A stretch of DNA of 64,000 nucleotides, taken from positions 127-64,126 of the forward strand of contig CAIOPG010000008.1 in assembly GCA_903860135.1 (NCBI GenBank), written 5' to 3'. Positions 27,854-37,476 of this stretch are shown one piece after another. The position numbers and the translations under genes were made by a program. Every line of letters begins with the position of its first letter. The first letter of the stretch is position 1. Source of the DNA: Candidatus Omnitrophota bacterium. GTDB lineage: Bacteria; Omnitrophota; Gorgyraeia; Zapsychrales; Fredricksoniimonadaceae. The notes under the pieces were generated by a model. The model was not told the DNA's origin, searched no databases, and saw nothing but the letters and a program-made list of their open reading frames with translations.

Positions 27854-29602
27854 TCACGCCCGACTTTGGACGATCCTCAGGAGTTCACGGGCGGCTTCTT
27901 CGGGGCCTTTGCGTTCCCATCCGGCAAGCCCCAGGCGGGTGCGCATCTGGCCGACGAACACATCCCGGCGGAAGAATTCACTGAAATATTTCTTCGCCAG
28001 CGGCTCATGCATATCTTTATACTGCGCCGGCCCGAAAACATTAGCGAAATAGGAATGCACCAGCCCGGTCGTGGTCGTGGTCCCCTTGCTCATCGCTGTC
28101 CCCTCGCGGAACACCGCCATGGCTTTTTCAGGGTCCGGAAAACGCTCAAGGATCGGATGGTCATCGTCAATGGCGTCATAATTGTTCACATAAAGGATAA
28201 AATCGATCTTTTGCCCCTTGATGATCTGGTCAAAGGTCGTTACCGGGATAATGATACGGGCATTGACCTGGTTGGCGTTCATGATGATGGCGCGGTCGAT
28301 CTGACCGAGCGCGTAGCCCGGCTGAAGGTCGTCAAGCCTCAGGAAAGCACCGATCTCGGTGCCATAGCCCAGCACCTGGCCGGAAGGTGCTATCTGGATC
28401 GATCCCATGTCATCGGCGATCACGATAAGGTCCTGGATCTCCTCCTCGCCGATAGAACGGAAGGCTTCGAGCGTTTCCGACTTGCCTGCCCCGGTATCGC
28501 CGATAAAAAGGATCGTCCGGTCAAGGTCGCCCTTGAGGATAAGCCGCACCAGCGCCCCGTGGAACGGCAGGACACCGCGTTTCATCATGATCACATTGTG
28601 GAGCGTCAACACCATTTTCTTGAGATAACCAAAATACCCGAATTCCGGCAACAGCGGCACCGCCCCAACGAGCATCCCCGCCTGCGTGTCATCAAAAAAT
28701 ATCTGGCTCGAAGAAAATCGGGCCAACGACTCAGGAGGGACGCCATAAGCAAACACCGCGTCGGGCGTACGGCCAAGGTCATCATCGTCAGCCATTTCAA
28801 ACAGATTGCACAGGGCATGCCCGAGTTCCGCAAAATCATGATGGAAATAAATGAAGATCACCAACGCCCCGACCTTGGCAGGATAACACAGCCATTCGCG
28901 CGCGTTAAACTCGATGCCTTTCAACGGGTTATCATTCACCCGCTCGAACCGTCCGGTGCGTTTGTTCATCGGCGGGGTCAGGATCAAGGGCGGATAGATC
29001 AGTATCTGGCGCATCATGGGCACGCGGTTCAACGGTGTGTATTCCGCGCTCAGGAAAGGCACCGCCCGGGTCACCGCGATCGTCGACACTTCGGCACCGG
29101 CCGCGACCTGGCGGTAAATGCGCGGATGCTGGCCGGTCACATTCTCCTGGATATCACGGTAAATGCCGCGCACCAAATTTGTCAGCTGGCCGACGGTCGC
29201 ATTGAACGTGCGGTAAGGCCGCTTGTCCCAGTCGCGCCCCTTGGAATCGGAAATGATGAACCGGTCAAAACTGCGCCAGTAATTATAAAGGTATTCGATC
29301 AGATCATTGAACCGCGAGGCATCGCGCAATAAAACCGCCGCCGCCGGTACCACGTTGGGCACTAGGTTGGCCGGCATTTTGACCAGGAACTTGAAGGTCG
29401 CGATCAGGTCGTCAATATCATCTTTGGTAATATCCTTCTTCCCAAAAACATCAAGCAGGATCGAGCGGCGCTTGACGAGCTTCTGCAAAGCCGTGGTAAC
29501 GATCCCGGTAAAAAGTTCACTCGACAGGACCTCTTCTTCCGTCTCGCAAATGCGGTCGTGGATGTGAAGGATGATCTTGTTGCCCCGGATGTCGTATTCC
29601 AT
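27854..29602 (-). CDS. Phosphoenolpyruvate carboxykinase-like protein (about 580-aa clostridial-type family)
   Basis: YFGYLKK...HG...GDTGAGKSE...ADD PEPCK-superfamily kinase motifs. Confidence 0.65.
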   Translation of the reverse strand: MEYDIRGNKIILHIHDRICETEEEVLSSELFTGIVTTALQKLVKRRSILLDVFGKKDITKDDIDDLIATFKFLVKMPANLVPNVVPAAAVLLRDASRFNDLIEYLYNYWRSFDRFIISDSKGRDWDKRPYRTFNATVGQLTNLVRGIYRDIQENVTGQHPRIYRQVAAGAEVSTIAVTRAVPFLSAEYTPLNRVPMMRQILIYPPLILTPPMNKRTGRFERVNDNPLKGIEFNAREWLCYPAKVGALVIFIYFHHDFAELGHALCNLFEMADDDDLGRTPDAVFAYGVPPESLARFSSSQIFFDDTQAGMLVGAVPLLPEFGYFGYLKKMVLTLHNVIMMKRGVLPFHGALVRLILKGDLDRTILFIGDTGAGKSETLEAFRSIGEEEIQDLIVIADDMGSIQIAPSGQVLGYGTEIGAFLRLDDLQPGYALGQIDRAIIMNANQVNARIIIPVTTFDQIIKGQKIDFILYVNNYDAIDDDHPILERFPDPEKAMAVFREGTAMSKGTTTTTGLVHSYFANVFGPAQYKDMHEPLAKKYFSEFFRRDVFVGQMRTRLGLAGWERKGPEEAARELLRIVQSRA

Positions 29603-29695
29603 AAACCCCTGCCTGTTAATAAGAATATATAAGAATGAAAAAGTATATTAGCAATAAAAAATTATCACGCAAGGGAATTAACGCACAGAGAAACC

Positions 29696-29780
29696 TCAGC
29701 CCAACATCTCGCCGGCAGGACACGCCTGACGAGCACAGCCCCGTCAGCGACCTGGACAAGGGCAGTGGCCGCGGCGGCAT
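29696..29780 (-). pseudogene. Internally deleted remnant of the fmt 3' end
   Basis: ATGCCGCCGCGGCCACTGCCCTT / GTCCAGGTCGCTGACGGGGCTGTGCTCGTCAGGCGTGT / GGCGAGATGTTGGGCTGA match three blocks of fmt 33185-33378. Confidence 0.8.
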
Positions 29781-29820
29781 GATCCCCCGCTCGGGGCGCA
29801 CGAACGAAATAATCAAATGA

Positions 29821-30489
<669 letters not shown>

Positions 30490-30527
30490 CGCAGACCTTT
30501 CATTAAAAAATTGATGTGAATTTTAAG

Positions 30528-30608
30528 CTATTCTTTAGTAACCGCCATCACGCGGGCCAGTAATTCATAACTGAGCTTGTAAATGGGTAAACGCTGATAC
30601 CGCGCCAT
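30528..30608 (-). pseudogene. avd: Truncated avd-like (DGR accessory four-helix-bundle) N-terminal stub
   Basis: MARYQRLPIYKLSYELLARVMAVTKE then stop, right after the target-gene hairpin. Confidence 0.7.
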
Positions 30609-30630
30609 GGGTTACTTTCTTTTCAAAAAC

Positions 30631-30654
30631 CGTGCGCCCCGCACGAGGCGCACG
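30631..30654 (-). terminator. GC hairpin 3' of target gene (DGR homing hairpin and/or terminator)
   Basis: CGTGCGCCTC-GTGC-GGGGCGCACG followed by GTTTTT; near-identical copy at 31509-31532. Confidence 0.6.
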
Positions 30655-30680
30655 AACGAAATAATCAAATAACCAAATGA

Positions 30681-31367
30681 TCAATAACTCCGGACACAAC
30701 GCACGAGGTGGATGTCGCTCTTGTTCATGAGGCTGCCGCTCTGGTCGCCATTGGTGAAGTCCTGGATCCAGGCGGCCATTTCCGCCAGAGAGTAGTAGTC
30801 AGTGGCCGACCAGTAGAAGGACGACGCACAACCCAATGCAGTTCTGTTGTCGAATAAAAAAGCCAGTATAGATTTTCCTGGCAAAACCCAGTCTGTATAT
30901 CCCCCCTCAACTAAATTGTTACAATAAGACACTGCGGCAGACCAGTTTGCATTTGGTGCATCGCCATCGCTCGGCGTTGTCATCCAGCCCGGATAACCGA
31001 CATATACCGCCGTCGTGCCCGTACACGCCTGACCGGCTGTCTTGCCGGCGCAGGGATTATTAGTGCTACTCCCACCACCTATGGCGACAAACCCGTAAGT
31101 AATAACCGGGCTTGTCGCTGTTTTAACACAAGCCTTCATGCCGTTGGTTATGGAATTATCGTACCATAATGCTCCCACGCTACTGGCATCACACGTGAAA
31201 GCGGTTGACCCAACCGTTAGTTTCCGCGACACCCTCATATTCAGATAATCCCCCACCGGCGCAGGATAATACGCCGTGAGCCTCAGGCTTTCAGCAAAAA
31301 GTAGACCGGGAAAAACTAAGAGAAGAGATAGAGAGAGAGAGAAGGAAAATTGTCGACATGGTTTCAT
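30681..31367 (-). CDS. Secreted DUF1566/Lcl-like protein, DGR-target-like, copy 2 (in frame)
   Basis: Near-identical N-terminal two-thirds to copy 1, divergent C-terminal region; interrupted 9-unit GA tract at 31325-31342. Confidence 0.85.
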   Translation of the reverse strand: MKPCRQFSFSLSLSLLLVFPGLLFAESLRLTAYYPAPVGDYLNMRVSRKLTVGSTAFTCDASSVGALWYDNSITNGMKACVKTATSPVITYGFVAIGGGSSTNNPCAGKTAGQACTGTTAVYVGYPGWMTTPSDGDAPNANWSAAVSYCNNLVEGGYTDWVLPGKSILAFLFDNRTALGCASSFYWSATDYYSLAEMAAWIQDFTNGDQSGSLMNKSDIHLVRCVRSY

Positions 31368-31405
31368 CGCAGACCTTTCATTAAAAAATTGATGTGAATT
31401 TTAAG

Positions 31406-31486
31406 CTATTCTTTAGTAACCGCCATCACGCGGGCCAGTAATTCATAACTGAGCTTGTAAATGGGTAAATGCTGATACCGCGCCAT
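31406..31486 (-). pseudogene. avd: Truncated avd-like stub, second copy
   Basis: MARYQHLPIYKLSYELLARVMAVTKE then stop. Confidence 0.7.
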
Positions 31487-31558
31487 GGGTTACTTTCTTT
31501 TCAAAAACCGTGCGCTCCGCACGGGGCGCACGAACGAAATAATCAAATAACCAAATGA

Positions 31559-32216
31559 TCAATAACTCCGGACACAACGCACGAAGAGGACCGAGCTCTT
31601 GTCTCTGGTAAAGCAGCTGTTGTCGAAGTTGAAATCCACGGCCCAGGCATGGTTGGGATAGGACTCAGAGGCCGACCAGTAGGAGGACGGCCTACAACCC
31701 AAAGCAGTGTTGTTGTCGAACAAAAAAAACAGGATAGATTTTCCTGGCAAAACCCAGTCTGTATATCCCCCGTAATCTAAATTGTTACAATAAAAAACTG
31801 CGGTAGACCAGTCTTCATCTTGTGCATCGCTCGGCGTTGTCATCCAGCCCGGATAACCGACATATACCGCCGTCGTACCATCACACGCCTGACCTGCCGT
31901 CTTACCCGCGCAAGGATTAGTGCTACTCCCTCCTACGGACACCCACCCATAGGTTGTTGGGCTCAAGGCTGTCTTGACACAGGCTTTCGTGCCGTTGGTT
32001 ATGGAATTGTCGTACCATAGTGCTCCCACGCTACTGGCATCACACGTGAAAGCGGTTGACCCAACCGTTAGTTTCCGCGACACCCTCATATCCAGATAAT
32101 CCCCCGCCGGCGAAGGATAATAGGTCGTGAGTGTGAGGCTTTCAGCAAAAAGCAGGCCGGGAAAAACTAAGAGAAGAGAGAGAGAGAGAGAGAGAAAATT
32201 GTCGACATGGTTTCAT
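31559..32216 (-). pseudogene. Secreted DUF1566/Lcl-like protein, copy 3, frameshifted in its (TC)n tract (phase OFF)
   Basis: ATG 32216 to stop spans 658 bp; adding one GA unit to the tract at 32176-32195 gives 660 bp and restores the frame; remainder intact. Confidence 0.85.
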
Positions 32217-32398
32217 CGCTGGCCTTTCTTTCAAAATTTAAACCGGATTGGATTGTGCAATGGCCGTTTTTCATCAACGCAACCGTTTGCACAAAAACAT
32301 GCACTATTATTCCAACTGACCTTCCACAATTTTACCGTCTAAGAGAGACCCGGGTTCAACCCGCATTACCTCTGTCTATTGAAAAATGCGAGTTAACC

Positions 32399-32422
32399 TG
32401 AACTTATGAACTTATGAACTTA
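32399..32422 (+). repeat. Three tandem TGAACTTA octamers
   Basis: tgaactta x3 upstream of the array. Confidence 0.85.
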
Positions 32423-32557
32423 AAATAGCATATTCTTCAAGACGCATCCACTCTTTTGTCGCATTAACAGGCCCGGCGCCACAGAAAATAATAGTGCGTC
32501 CCGATTACTACGATTACCGATTATTTCCTTGAAGCCATACTGAAAAGTTTTCGATTG

Positions 32558-32586
32558 TTGACAAAAGGCAGACAACAGGATATATT
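32558..32586 (+). promoter_or_regulatory. Sigma70 promoter of the TA pair
   Basis: TTGACA, 17 bp spacer, TATATT, ending 10 bp before ATG 32597. Confidence 0.7.
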
Positions 32587-32596
32587 TGGCATAGAT

Positions 32597-32881
32597 ATGT
32601 TTGATTGGGATGAAATTAAAAATGAACACCTCAAGCGTGAGCGCGACATTTCTTTTGAAGAAGTCGTTTTCTGGATCGAGAACGACGGACTTCTAAAGGT
32701 CGAAGACCATCCTAATCAACAGAAGTATCCGGGACAAAGGATTTATATTGTTTGTATAGAAACGTATGTTTATTTAGTGCCTTTTGTAGAACAAAATGGA
32801 ATAGTATTCTTAAAAACCATTATCCCGAGCCGTAAAGCAACCAAAGAACTTTTAAAAAGAGTGCCGCATGAGCCCAATTAA
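32597..32881 (+). CDS. BrnT-like toxin
   Basis: FDWDEIKNEHLKRERDISFEEV...HPN...YLVPFVE...FLKTIIPSRKATK. Confidence 0.85.
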   Translation: MFDWDEIKNEHLKRERDISFEEVVFWIENDGLLKVEDHPNQQKYPGQRIYIVCIETYVYLVPFVEQNGIVFLKTIIPSRKATKELLKRVPHEPN

Positions 32882-33143
32882 GCTTACTCAAGAAGAAGAT
32901 CAAATGCTGCGTTCATACGAACGGGGCGAGTGGCGGCCTGTCAAGAATATGCCATCGGAAATCGATCGTTTTCAACAAATGGCTAAACAGGCATTACGGA
33001 AAGGCCGCCGGATAAATATTCGGCTTTCTGAACGGGATGTTTACAAATTACAAATTTCTGCGTTGCGTGAAGGCGTTCCCTATCAAACTTTAATTTCAAG
33101 CGTCCTGCATAAATATATTTCCGGTCATTTAGTAACACAATAA
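32868..33143 (+). CDS. Cognate antitoxin (BrnA/CopG-like ribbon-helix-helix)
   Basis: RINIRLSERD...A.REGVPYQTLISSVLHKY. Confidence 0.85.
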   Translation: MSPIKLTQEEDQMLRSYERGEWRPVKNMPSEIDRFQQMAKQALRKGRRINIRLSERDVYKLQISALREGVPYQTLISSVLHKYISGHLVTQ

Positions 33144-33184
33144 ACACATCTACGCCGCCCCTGCCGTGAACTTCCGTTTAAGGA

Positions 33185-34114
33185 TCACCCCAGCATCTCG
33201 CCGACGGCGAGTTTGTGGCCGGCGAGGAAGGCGCGGGCGTCCATGGCGTGCGAAGAGGCGGGATGCACACGCCGAACCAGGACGGCCCGGTCAGCGGCCT
33301 GGACATAAAAACCGTCCTTGTGAAGCTCGACGATCTCCCCCGGCTTGCCCTCAACAAGGGCGGTGGCCGCGGCGGCATCGAGGACCTTCAAGCGGTTCCC
33401 GCGCCAGAACGTGAACGCCCCGGGCCAGGGCTGAAGGCCGCGGACGAGGTCATGGATCTCCCTGGCCGGACGATCCCAGCGGATGTGCCCCAGGTCCTTG
33501 TGCATCTTGGGGGCGTAACTCGCACGCTCATGATCCTGGGGCGTCAGCATCTGTTTCCCGGCGGCGATCTGCGCCAGCGTCTCCACTAAAAGTGTTGTGC
33601 CCAACCCTGCCAATTGCCATCGCAGGGCGGCTGATGTCATATCATCGGGGATCGGGCACACACAACGGGTCATGACCGCCCCGGTATCCATGCCCGCGTC
33701 CATCTGCATGATGGTCACACCGGTCTCGACCTCGCCATGCAATATGGCCCAATTGATAGGCGCGGCACCGCGATATTTGGGTAAGAGCGACGCATGCAGA
33801 TTGATACAGCCTTTGGCCGGCAGGTCCAGAACAGCCTGCGGCAGGAATTTGCCATAGGCGATCACCACGAACAGGTCCGCATGGAACCAGGCCAGGCGAT
33901 CGACCAGTACGGGATTCTTCAACGAATCCGGCTGGAACACGGGAATGCCCTGCGCCAGCGCGATCTGCTTGGTCGGTGAATACGTCACGTGCATCCCGCG
34001 CCCGTGCGGTCTGTCCGGCTGGGTCACCACACCGACAATGCGGTGCCCCTCGTCGATCAGGTGCTCGAGGTTGACTGCCGCAAAATCATCACAACCAAAA
34101 AACACTATCCGCAT
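33185..34114 (-). CDS. fmt: Methionyl-tRNA formyltransferase
   Basis: VVTQPDRP.GRG, INLHASLLPKYRGAAPI, DAGMDTG, PWPGA. Confidence 0.95.
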   Translation of the reverse strand: MRIVFFGCDDFAAVNLEHLIDEGHRIVGVVTQPDRPHGRGMHVTYSPTKQIALAQGIPVFQPDSLKNPVLVDRLAWFHADLFVVIAYGKFLPQAVLDLPAKGCINLHASLLPKYRGAAPINWAILHGEVETGVTIMQMDAGMDTGAVMTRCVCPIPDDMTSAALRWQLAGLGTTLLVETLAQIAAGKQMLTPQDHERASYAPKMHKDLGHIRWDRPAREIHDLVRGLQPWPGAFTFWRGNRLKVLDAAAATALVEGKPGEIVELHKDGFYVQAADRAVLVRRVHPASSHAMDARAFLAGHKLAVGEMLG

Positions 34115-34119
34115 AAATA

Positions 34120-35781
34120 TCAGTCCATGCTCACGGTCACAACCGTATCTTTTTTGGGCCTGAAAAGCCGCAGGGCCTGCCTTGCCGCCGCAACAACCGC
34201 CGCACGAGCATCCCCTTGAACCAAGAAGCAGTAACGGAATTTCCCCCGCACCAGTGCCGCGCGATCTTGTTCCGGGTCGATCGCGGTCACGCCTTCGGGC
34301 AAAATATTGATCACGCTATCATACAATCTTTTGGCTTCCGCGCAAGCGAGAGCCGGATCTTCCGAACGGACAATGACAGAAGCCTGGGCTTGGAAAGGCG
34401 GTACGCCCATCTCCTGCCTCAGGGTAAGTTCCCGCCGATAGAAATCCGCACCGTCAGCCGACGCCAGTGTGTGCAGGAAAGGATCGGCAACATTGCGGGT
34501 CTGCAGGAGAAGGTACGCCTGCACCATCTGGCGCAAATGCTGGACAAGGGCAAAAGCACTGTGCGCGGCCTGGATATCGTGCTTGTGGAATTCCCAGTCA
34601 ATGTCTAAAACAGCAGCGGCAGCCACTTTCAGGGCCGCACGATGGCGAAAAACAGACTGTGTCGCCACAAGGATATCGAAATCTTCGGGCATAGCCGTCG
34701 ACGTACGGTCATAGCCCGCCACCCGCGCCCCGGGAAATATTTTCTTAACCTCCGCGCATACACCGCCTACGCCGCGGGCGGCCTGAATATACAAGAGAAA
34801 CTGGCGTTTTTCTTTCAACGCTGTTTCCAGGTGATGCCGCAGGCCCAGCGAAATGAACGTGTCTTTCCTCATCTTGAAATTCGTCAGGTCAAGGAATTTG
34901 ACCGGCGGCAGAAGTTCTTCGAGCAGGGTCAGCCGCACGGTTTTCTTCTCGACCCTGTGCCACAGCTCTACCGACGGGGCACTCGAGACGCAAACCACAT
35001 CACACCCCTCGGCCGCCGCACGCTCAAAAGCCGCTTCGCGCGCATGGAAAAAAGGTGTCTGTTCATGCCGGTAAAAAGCATTTTCCTCATCGAGCACCAC
35101 GATCAGCCCGAGATTGCGCACCGGCGCGAACACGGCGGCGATGAAGCCGGCCGCCAGGCGCACTTTCCCCGAACGGACACTGAGCCAGCGCCCATACTCC
35201 TCTTTTGGGGTGCTACCCGCCAGAAGCACCCGTTCCTCTGCGGGCAAAAGCGGCCCCAGTTTGGGCAGGACATCGTGGCAACGGGCGGCATCGGGCATCA
35301 TGACGATCACCCCGCGCCCCTCGGCGAGGACTGCCGTGATGCGCGGCAGAAGGATCTCCCACCGCTGGGTTTGGCCCCGGTCAAAGACCAGCTCCGCCGT
35401 ACCGGCCTCTTCCGGCCAATGATGGTCCATTGCCGCGCAGGCAAACGCCTTGGCGCCACGCAAATACGCCGGCAGGCACATCTCGAGCGCCTCGCCGGTC
35501 GAACAGGCAAAACGGGCGGCAAAACGCTCCGCAAATTTCAGGAACGCCGGCGCAAAGACAGGGTTTTCATCGAGGATCTTTATCAGGACGCTCAATTTGC
35601 CGTCATGCGCGGTCTGCTGCAACAGCCGCACCACGACACCGGCACGTTTCCTGCCGGCAAAGCGTACCAGGACGCGCCCGCCGGGGAATACCTTGCCGGA
35701 CAGCTCTTCGGGAATGATGTAATCAAAAGGACCGTCGACCGGCAAGCCGAAAACAACCTGCGCGACGCGGGGGGCTGTCAT
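34120..35781 (-). CDS. priA: Reduced primosomal protein N' (PriA) lacking Walker A and the Cys-rich region
   Basis: N-terminal FDY.IP...GGRVLV.F 3'-DNA-binding domain; AVFAPVRNLGLIVVLDEE, SSAPSVE, EL..R.....PPF; adjacent to fmt. Confidence 0.8.
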   Translation of the reverse strand: MTAPRVAQVVFGLPVDGPFDYIIPEELSGKVFPGGRVLVRFAGRKRAGVVVRLLQQTAHDGKLSVLIKILDENPVFAPAFLKFAERFAARFACSTGEALEMCLPAYLRGAKAFACAAMDHHWPEEAGTAELVFDRGQTQRWEILLPRITAVLAEGRGVIVMMPDAARCHDVLPKLGPLLPAEERVLLAGSTPKEEYGRWLSVRSGKVRLAAGFIAAVFAPVRNLGLIVVLDEENAFYRHEQTPFFHAREAAFERAAAEGCDVVCVSSAPSVELWHRVEKKTVRLTLLEELLPPVKFLDLTNFKMRKDTFISLGLRHHLETALKEKRQFLLYIQAARGVGGVCAEVKKIFPGARVAGYDRTSTAMPEDFDILVATQSVFRHRAALKVAAAAVLDIDWEFHKHDIQAAHSAFALVQHLRQMVQAYLLLQTRNVADPFLHTLASADGADFYRRELTLRQEMGVPPFQAQASVIVRSEDPALACAEAKRLYDSVINILPEGVTAIDPEQDRAALVRGKFRYCFLVQGDARAAVVAAARQALRLFRPKKDTVVTVSMD

Positions 35782-36884
35782 ACAAGCCGGGCGATAACAT
35801 CGCGGACAGAATCGGGTTTCGCGAGTTTCTTTGTTTTCTCACGCGCATCCGCCAGCGCTGCCGGAGACGCCGCCATGCCCAGGACTTCGGAAGCAATATC
35901 CCGTAACGGCAAACCGCTGAGGCCGATGCCGTTGGCGGCAAGGACGCGCACATTCCCGGCTTCCTGCCCCGGGATCGCGCTGAAAAAGACCATCGGAAGA
36001 TTGTTGGCCAGTGCCTCGGTTACCGACAAACCGCCGGGTTTGGTTACCATGACATCGGCCGCGGCCATCATTTCTTCCATATTGTCAACGAATCCGCAGA
36101 CCTTGTGCCGGGGATTGGCTTGCACGTCAAGGCAATGGCGCAACCGCTGATTGTTACCGCAAATGATGATGAGCTGGATATCTTTAAAATACCCGGCCAG
36201 TTCCTCGATCGGCCCGAACCCGAAAGAACTCGTCGAGATCAATACCGTAAAGGCCTCCGCGTCAAGCCCAAGCCAGCGACGGACATCCTGCTTGTGGCGG
36301 GGCCGTGTGAATTTCTCATCGAGCGGGATCCCGGTCACAAATATCTGCGCGGCATCCACCCCCAATGCCAGCAGTCGCCCCCTAGTATATTCACTGGCCA
36401 CGCAATACTCATCCACACCTGGGATCAGCCATATCTTGTGCACATCAAAATCCGTGACAACCACCACGACCTTGGCAGTGATCGCCCCCGTGCGGCGCAG
36501 GTAGCCGCACACCTCGGCGGCCAGAAAATGCGTGACCACAATGCGCTCGAATTTCCCGGTCTTGATATATTCAACCAACGGTCCTGTATTGACCCCGTTA
36601 TACACACGGCGCACCATGCGGAATACCGGCAAGAACCAGGTCTGGTCGGTCAACGCAAAAAAGAAAGCCCAGATGACAGGAAGTTTCCCGACGGCAAACT
36701 CATAACCGCGGGTATAGGCTAGACGGAAGAAGAAATTAGTATGGTCAAGGGCATCAACAAGAACCGATGCCAAACCCCGGGCTTCCAGACCGTGCTGAAG
36801 GGCTTCAGCGGCCTTGCGATGACCGGCGCCCGCGCTGGCGTGAATGACCAGTATCCCGGGCAATGATGAGTTCTGCGGCTTCAT
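35778..36884 (-). CDS. MGDG-synthase/UgtP-like glycosyltransferase (GT28)
   Basis: ASAGAGHRKAA, VVTDFDVH..W, TGIP, TKPGGLSVTEA, PGQE..N. Confidence 0.85.
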   Translation of the reverse strand: MKPQNSSLPGILVIHASAGAGHRKAAEALQHGLEARGLASVLVDALDHTNFFFRLAYTRGYEFAVGKLPVIWAFFFALTDQTWFLPVFRMVRRVYNGVNTGPLVEYIKTGKFERIVVTHFLAAEVCGYLRRTGAITAKVVVVVTDFDVHKIWLIPGVDEYCVASEYTRGRLLALGVDAAQIFVTGIPLDEKFTRPRHKQDVRRWLGLDAEAFTVLISTSSFGFGPIEELAGYFKDIQLIIICGNNQRLRHCLDVQANPRHKVCGFVDNMEEMMAAADVMVTKPGGLSVTEALANNLPMVFFSAIPGQEAGNVRVLAANGIGLSGLPLRDIASEVLGMAASPAALADAREKTKKLAKPDSVRDVIARLV

Positions 36885-37404
36885 AAAGATCCTCCACAAT
36901 AAAGTCAGGCTTGACATCCCAGCGCTTCATATACGCACTGTCCTCCCGGCCTGAAAGGACAAACACCGTTGTGCATCCGGCATTCCTGCCGGCCTTGATA
37001 TCGCCCTCGGTGTCCCCCACAAAATACGCGTGCGGCGCATCGTCGATGGTCTTGTCAATGGAGCCGAGCGCCTTGATCATGTTGCCAATGCGCGGCTTGC
37101 GGCAATTACAGCCGTCGGTAGACTTGCAAGTGCAGTAAAGGACATCCGTGATCCGTCCCCCCGCGTCCGCGATCCCCTTGAGCATGTGCGCGGTGATCAG
37201 CTCAAGCTTGCGCAGGCTGTAAACCCCCTTGCCCACCCCGGCCTGGTTGGAGATCACAAAAATATCAAAACCCGCCGCCGTCAGCTTCGCAATCGCCTCG
37301 TGCACCCGCGGGATAAAATGAAAATCCTTGACCTTGGTCACATAAAGGCCATTGCCCGGGAATTCATTGATCACGCCATCTCTGTCAAGAAAAACAACTT
37401 TCAT
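36805..37404 (-). CDS. gmhB: D,D-heptose 1,7-bisphosphate phosphatase (HAD family)
   Basis: FLDRDGVIN, SNQAG, C.C.....C.CRKP, VGD...D. Confidence 0.85.
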   Translation of the reverse strand: MKVVFLDRDGVINEFPGNGLYVTKVKDFHFIPRVHEAIAKLTAAGFDIFVISNQAGVGKGVYSLRKLELITAHMLKGIADAGGRITDVLYCTCKSTDGCNCRKPRIGNMIKALGSIDKTIDDAPHAYFVGDTEGDIKAGRNAGCTTVFVLSGREDSAYMKRWDVKPDFIVEDLYEAAELIIARDTGHSRQRGRRSSQGR

Positions 37405-37476
37405 ATCGATCAACCCCATACGTTTTCTTACACGTCGTACCTGTTATCATTAACGCTTGCGCCCTGCCTGCAGGCA

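Noticed and set aside
30530-30550. GGCGGTTA resembling an ops/JUMPstart element
   Set aside because: It does not match GGCGGTAG and is explained as coding sequence of the avd stub.
32240-32380. Possible c-di-GMP riboswitch upstream of the array
   Set aside because: It lacks the conserved GEMM-I GNRA/receptor and GEMM-II kink-turn features; kept only as a generic structured leader.
36805-36884. 80-bp overlap of gmhB and the glycosyltransferase suggesting a frameshift or fusion
   Set aside because: The downstream gene has its own GGAGG-ATG and both domains are complete, so this is a simple overlap.
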